Positions 60,420 through 64,000 of a DNA stretch of 64,000 bases are shown here, piece by piece (within the stretch, counting starts at the first letter, position 1; every line of letters begins with the position of its first letter). Under the pieces are notes generated by a model that was not told the origin of the DNA, did no database searches, and saw only the letters and a program-made list of their open reading frames with translations. This DNA is from an uncultured Acidobacteriota bacterium. Its GTDB lineage: Bacteria > Acidobacteriota > Vicinamibacteria > Vicinamibacterales > 2-12-FULL-66-21. The DNA is taken from positions 508,892-572,891 of the forward strand of contig CAVZGT010000014.1 in the NCBI GenBank assembly GCA_963774855.1. Direction: 5' to 3'. A program made the translations under genes and the position numbers.

Positions 60420-60597
60420 GAGACAGGAGTCAGGAGACAGAATTCAGGAGACAGGAGGCAGGGGTGGCAAACCGTACCTAGCGTCCGGCTTCAGCCGGAC
60501 CAAGGCGGTTGGAAGATTGCACGAGACAGGAGACCGAAGACCGGAGACCGAAGACCTGAGACCGAGACCGAAGACCTGAGACCTGAGACCTGAGACC
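60419..60597. repeat. purine-rich GAGACAGG/GAGACC word arrays flanking a TTCA-loop hairpin
   Basis: 60419-60462 is GGAGACAGGAGTCAGGAGACAGAATTCAGGAGACAGGAGGCAGG. 60483-60500 is GTCCGGC-TTCA-GCCGGAC. 60523-60597 is GAGACAGGAGACCGAAGACCGGAGACCGAAGACCTGAGACCGAGACCGAAGACCTGAGACCTGAGACCTGAGACC. Confidence 0.75.
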
Positions 60598-60617
60598 CCT
60601 GGCGCTCTGGAGCACCC

Positions 60618-61928
60618 ATGCGCAAGATCCTGATCGTCGCCCAGTCGGAATTCGCCACGCTCGTCCGCAGCAAGGCCTTCATGGTCAGCATCGTGCTGAT
60701 GCCGGTGATCATGGTGCTGTCGGTGGTGCTCATGCGCGCGACGAAGAACGCCACCGACGGCAAGGACCGGACGTTCGCGTTCGTGGACTACACCGGCGTC
60801 CTCGGCGAGCAGCTCGTCGCCGTGGCCCAGGTCCTGAACGCGGGCTCCGGCGATCTCGCCGATCCACAGGCGCTGCGGACCACGCCGCGCTTCATCCCGG
60901 TCGAAGTCAAGCCGGACGGCCGGCCGCCCGAAGCCCTGCGCCTCGAGCTCTCCGATCGCGTCCGCCGCCAGGAGCTGTTCGCGTTCGTCGAGCTGCCCGA
61001 GAACCTCCTGGATCCCGCCGGCAAGGCGCAGATCCGTTACTACTCCGACCATCCGTCCTACAACGCGCTGTCGATGTGGCTGCGGGTGACCGTGAACGGG
61101 CTCGTCCTGAACGAGCGGTTCCGGCGGGCCTCGATCGATCGCGCGCTCGTGGCGCGGCTCACGCGGCAGGCGCCGGTCGAGAACCTCGGCCTGTTCGAGC
61201 GCGACGCGGCAGGGACGGTGAAGCAGGCCGAGGAAGTCGACCAGGTCCGCGCCCAGGGCGTGCCGCTGGCGATGCTCGTCCTGATGTACATCACCGTGAT
61301 GTCGAGCGCCCCGCAGCTCCTCAACAGCGTCATCGAGGAGAAGATGAGCCGCATCAGCGAGGTCCTGATGGGCGCGATCACGCCGTTCCAGCTGATGATG
61401 GGGAAGCTCATCGGCAGCGTCGGCGTCTCGGTGCTGCTGGCCGCCATCTACATCGCCGGCGGACTCGTCGTCGCGCAGTACTGGGGCGGCTACGCGAGCG
61501 CCGTGACGCCGGGCGCGCTCGCCTGGTTCACGTTGTTCCTCGTGATGGCCGGGCTGATCTTCGGCTCGATCTTCATCGCGATCGGCGCAGCGTGCAACGA
61601 CCTCAAGGACACCCAGAGCATGGCCACCCCGGCGATGGTGCTCGTCATGCTGCCGATGTTCACGTGGATGTCCGTGCTGCGCGCGCCGGACGGCATGACC
61701 GCGGCAGTGCTGTCGATCATCCCGACCGCGGCGCCGTTTCTGATGATGCTGCGCATCTCGCTGCGGCCCGGCCCGCCGGCGTGGCAGATCGCGCTCTCGA
61801 TCGCGCTCATGGCCGGCACCGTCGTCCTCGCCATCTGGGCCGCGGGGAAGGTTTTCCGGACGGGACTGCTGATGCAGGGGAAGTCGGCCACGATGGCGGA
61901 GATGTTGCGGTGGGTGAAGGCCAAATAA
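60618..61928 (+). CDS. ABC-2 type transporter permease (NatB-like, large extracytoplasmic loop)
   Basis: N-terminal TM segment, a ~170-aa loop, then 5 TM segments with EEKMSRISEVLMGAITPFQLMMGKLIG. Intact, 436 aa. Confidence 0.8.
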   Translation: MRKILIVAQSEFATLVRSKAFMVSIVLMPVIMVLSVVLMRATKNATDGKDRTFAFVDYTGVLGEQLVAVAQVLNAGSGDLADPQALRTTPRFIPVEVKPDGRPPEALRLELSDRVRRQELFAFVELPENLLDPAGKAQIRYYSDHPSYNALSMWLRVTVNGLVLNERFRRASIDRALVARLTRQAPVENLGLFERDAAGTVKQAEEVDQVRAQGVPLAMLVLMYITVMSSAPQLLNSVIEEKMSRISEVLMGAITPFQLMMGKLIGSVGVSVLLAAIYIAGGLVVAQYWGGYASAVTPGALAWFTLFLVMAGLIFGSIFIAIGAACNDLKDTQSMATPAMVLVMLPMFTWMSVLRAPDGMTAAVLSIIPTAAPFLMMLRISLRPGPPAWQIALSIALMAGTVVLAIWAAGKVFRTGLLMQGKSATMAEMLRWVKAK

Positions 61929-62118
61929 GGGGTTCTACAGGGTTCCGCTGGGTTCTACAGGGTTCCGCAGGGTTCTGTTCCACGGGGTTCGGTTCCACGG
62001 GGTTCTGCACCTCGAACCTCGACGAACCTTGAACCTGGAACCTTGCGGAACCTAGTGGAACCCCGCCGAACAGAACCGAGCGGAACCCTGTAGAACCCCG
62101 TGGAACCTTGAGGAACCT
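61929..62118. repeat. ~190-nt word-repeat hairpin (GGGTTCY arm versus GGAACCY arm)
   Basis: The left half carries GGGGTTCTACAGGGTTCCGCTGGGTTCTACAGGGTTCCGCAGGGTTCTGTTCCACGGGGTTCGGTTCCACGGGGTTCTG. The right half carries ...GAACCTGGAACCTTGCGGAACCTAGTGGAACCCCGCCGAACAGAACCGAGCGGAACCCTGTAGAACCCCGTGGAACCTTGAGGAACC. Confidence 0.85.
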
Positions 62119-62126
62119 TTTCCGGG

Positions 62127-62669
62127 ATGGACACGTTGTCGCATGGCGCGTGGGGCTACGTGGCGCTCCATCGTATTCCGGGGCTGGCGTGGTGGGGTGT
62201 GCTGGCCGGCGCCGCACCCGATCTGCTGTGGTTCGTGCCCAGCAAGATCGAGCAGGTTTCCGAAAAAGGATGGACCGCGCTCACGATCGGTCGCGAGCCG
62301 GGAATCTGGCGCGCCGACGGACCGCCGCTGCCCCCGGAGCTGGTCGAGGCGTACTTCCGCTACTACGTCTGGACGCACAGCCTCGTCATGCTCGCGATCG
62401 TCACCGCCGTCGTGCTCATGACTCGATGGCGGCGGCTGGCGTGGCTCGCCGCGCCGTACGCGCTGCACATCCTCATGGACATGCCGACCCACGAGCGCTA
62501 CCAGACCCAGCCGCTCTATCCGCTGTCGTCGTGGAGCGTTCGCGGCGTGTCGTGGGCCGATCCCCGCATTTTCTGGCCGCACGCGGTGATGCTGGTGGTC
62601 GCACTGGGCTTCGTGTGGTGGAGGCGGAGAACCCCGCGGAACCGAACCTGGCGAACCCCGCGGAACTGA
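62127..62669 (+). CDS. membrane-bound metal-dependent hydrolase (YdjM/DUF457-like); C-terminal tail read from a repeat
   Basis: MDTLSHGAWGY...APDLLWF...YYVWTHSLVMLAIV...HILMDMPTH. The last 14 codons (RRTPRNRTWRTPRN) are GGAACCC words. Confidence 0.7.
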   Translation: MDTLSHGAWGYVALHRIPGLAWWGVLAGAAPDLLWFVPSKIEQVSEKGWTALTIGREPGIWRADGPPLPPELVEAYFRYYVWTHSLVMLAIVTAVVLMTRWRRLAWLAAPYALHILMDMPTHERYQTQPLYPLSSWSVRGVSWADPRIFWPHAVMLVVALGFVWWRRRTPRNRTWRTPRN

Positions 62670-62716
62670 ACCCTGCGGAACCCAGTGGAACCCCGCGGAA
62701 CCCCGTTGAACCCTCA
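62627..62716. repeat. unidirectional GGAACCC word array
   Basis: The sequence is GAGAACCCCGCGGAACCGAACCTGGCGAACCCCGCGGAACTGAACCCTGCGGAACCCAGTGGAACCCCGCGGAACCCCGTTGAACCCTC. It lies between convergent gene ends. Confidence 0.8.
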
Positions 62717-62718
62717 AT

Positions 62719-63699
62719 TCACAGCCCCAGCAACCGCACCGCGTTCTCCCCGTAGATCTTCCTCTTCACGTCGTCGCCCACGTCGAGCGCCGCGATGGTG
62801 TCGATCATCAGCGGGATGCTGCCGATCTGGTGGGGATAGTCGCTGCCTGCCAGGATGCGATCCGCGCCGGCGAAGCTCACCGCGAACTTCACCGCATCCG
62901 GGTTGAAGTTGACCGTGTCGTAATACAGCGTCTTCAGGTACTCGCTCGGCGGACGGTTGATGTGCCGGCGGCAATCGGCGAACGCCCGGTAGCCCCGATC
63001 CAGCCGCTCCGCCAGGTACGGGATCGCGCCGCCCATGTGCGTCAGCACCCAGCGGATCCCGGGGTGGCGTTCGATCACGCCGCTGAAGACCAGCTTCGAC
63101 GCCGCCAGCGTCGTGTCCATGAGGAAGCCGACGAGCGGCATCAGCCAGTACTCCAGCATGGCCTCGACGCCCAGCGGGTCGGTCGGATGGATGTAAATCA
63201 CCGCACCGAGCTCGTCGGCCTTCTTCCAGAGCGGCGCGAACCGCGCGTCGGCGAGCGCCACGTGGTTGACGTTGCTGAAGACCATCGCGCCCGGGAGGCC
63301 GAGCTCCTGCATCGCGCGCTGCAGCTCCCGGACCGAGGCGGCGGGGTCGTTGAGCGGCAGCGTCGCGAGCGCGGCGAACCGTCCGCTGCCGTCCCGGCAC
63401 ACGCGTGCGAACGCGTCGTTGATCTGGGTCGCCAGGCGCGCCGCAACGGCGGGCGCCTCGACGTGGACGCCCGGCGTCGTGAACGATAGGACCTGCGTCT
63501 CGACGTGGTGCTCGTCGAGCACCACCCGCCGGTACTGGATGTCGCGATGTCCGGGCACGAGAACGTTGTAGTCCCCCGGGTAGTGCACGCACGGGTTCCC
63601 ATCGGTGTCGTAGGTGACCTTGACGGCGGACGTCGAGCTCATCAGCGCCTCGACGTAGACCGGCGGATAGTAGTGGTTGTGAAAATCAACGATACGCAT
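62719..63699 (-). CDS. amidohydrolase family protein (amidohydrolase_2 / ACMSD-like)
   Basis: MRIVDFHNHYYPP (HxH metal site), IYIHPTDP, VLTHMGGAIPY and LAGSDYPH. Intact, 326 aa. Confidence 0.85.
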   Translation of the reverse strand: MRIVDFHNHYYPPVYVEALMSSTSAVKVTYDTDGNPCVHYPGDYNVLVPGHRDIQYRRVVLDEHHVETQVLSFTTPGVHVEAPAVAARLATQINDAFARVCRDGSGRFAALATLPLNDPAASVRELQRAMQELGLPGAMVFSNVNHVALADARFAPLWKKADELGAVIYIHPTDPLGVEAMLEYWLMPLVGFLMDTTLAASKLVFSGVIERHPGIRWVLTHMGGAIPYLAERLDRGYRAFADCRRHINRPPSEYLKTLYYDTVNFNPDAVKFAVSFAGADRILAGSDYPHQIGSIPLMIDTIAALDVGDDVKRKIYGENAVRLLGL

Positions 63700-64000
63700 G
63701 CCGCAGATAGTAGATCGGCGCTCCAGCCGCGACCAGCCCGAGCCCGATGGCCGCTTCGGCCGGGGTGCTGATGAACTGGTTGATCACGATGGCGAGCGAC
63801 GCGACGATGAAGATCAGCGGGACCGCCGGATAGCCCCACGTGCGGTACGACGGGTTGTAGTCCGGCCGGCGCCTGAGCACGAACAGGCCCGCGGCCATCA
63901 ACGCGAAGAACAGCCACTCCGTGTAGATCACGCGGGTGAAGAGCTCGCGATAGGCGCCGGTCGCGGCCAGGACGCTGGACCAGACCGCCTGCGCGATGAT
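63686..64000 (-). CDS. amino acid permease (APC family), C-terminal part only; start outside window
   Basis: The frame is open to the window edge. IIAQAVWSSVLAATGAYRELFTRVIYTEWLFFALMAAGLFVLRRRPDYNPSYRTWGYPAVPLIFIVASLAIV is typical of the last two APC TM helices. The stop overlaps the amidohydrolase start by 14 nt. Confidence 0.6.
   Translation of the reverse strand: MIAQAVWSSVLAATGAYRELFTRVIYTEWLFFALMAAGLFVLRRRPDYNPSYRTWGYPAVPLIFIVASLAIVINQFISTPAEAAIGLGLVAAGAPIYYLRHAYR

Noticed and set aside
60419-60597. The word arrays as CsrA/RsmA-type sponge RNAs, because many words contain GGA.
   Set aside because: Several families lack GGA (AGAACTTT, and GAGTCCC on one strand). The arrays occur in both orientations relative to transcription. 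No csrA gene or sRNA promoter/terminator pair is visible in the window. This remains speculation only.

Overview
High-GC chromosomal segment with about 60 genes, probably from an Acidobacteriota-like organism. That assignment is inferred from a PadR regulator next to an ADOP-type duplicated FtsX permease and from an Alternative Complex III + caa3 oxidase supercluster. I found no rRNA, tRNA, CRISPR array, transposase or integrase. Main blocks: (i) 4.1-16.1 kb, a porin and PBP-like pair followed by a translationally coupled chemosensory operon (MCP, cheW, cheA-REC, cheB, cheR, hybrid HK-REC-Hpt, REC-HD-GYP); (ii) 16-34 kb, housekeeping and accessory genes, including a Tat-signal TldD with a signal-less PmbA and the PadR/ADOP pair; (iii) grpE-clpA-clpS; (iv) a MacAB-like efflux operon; (v) 46.4-59.3 kb, actABCDEF plus an extra membrane protein, SCO1 and coxBACD; (vi) an ABC-2 transporter. 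Two window-wide peculiarities stand out. (a) About 35 reading-frame breaks occur in 21 otherwise well-conserved genes, some essential (ctaD, actB, actC). Five sit on the same heptamer GGTACTG, so I read most of them as consensus indel errors rather than decay. Coordinates for those genes join the frames. (b) About two-thirds of spacers longer than 40 nt are built from a small vocabulary of 7-8 nt words (GGAACCC, GAGTCCC/GAATCCC, CAGCTWC, CTCCTGAT, CGGAGGAA/CTCCGTT, GAGACC, AGAACTTT). The words are repeated in phase and often face their reverse complement, giving 70-190 nt hairpins. The same words also occur in frame inside actB and bridge two genes into one ORF. This repeat system is the most unusual signal here, and I do not recognise it as a described family.
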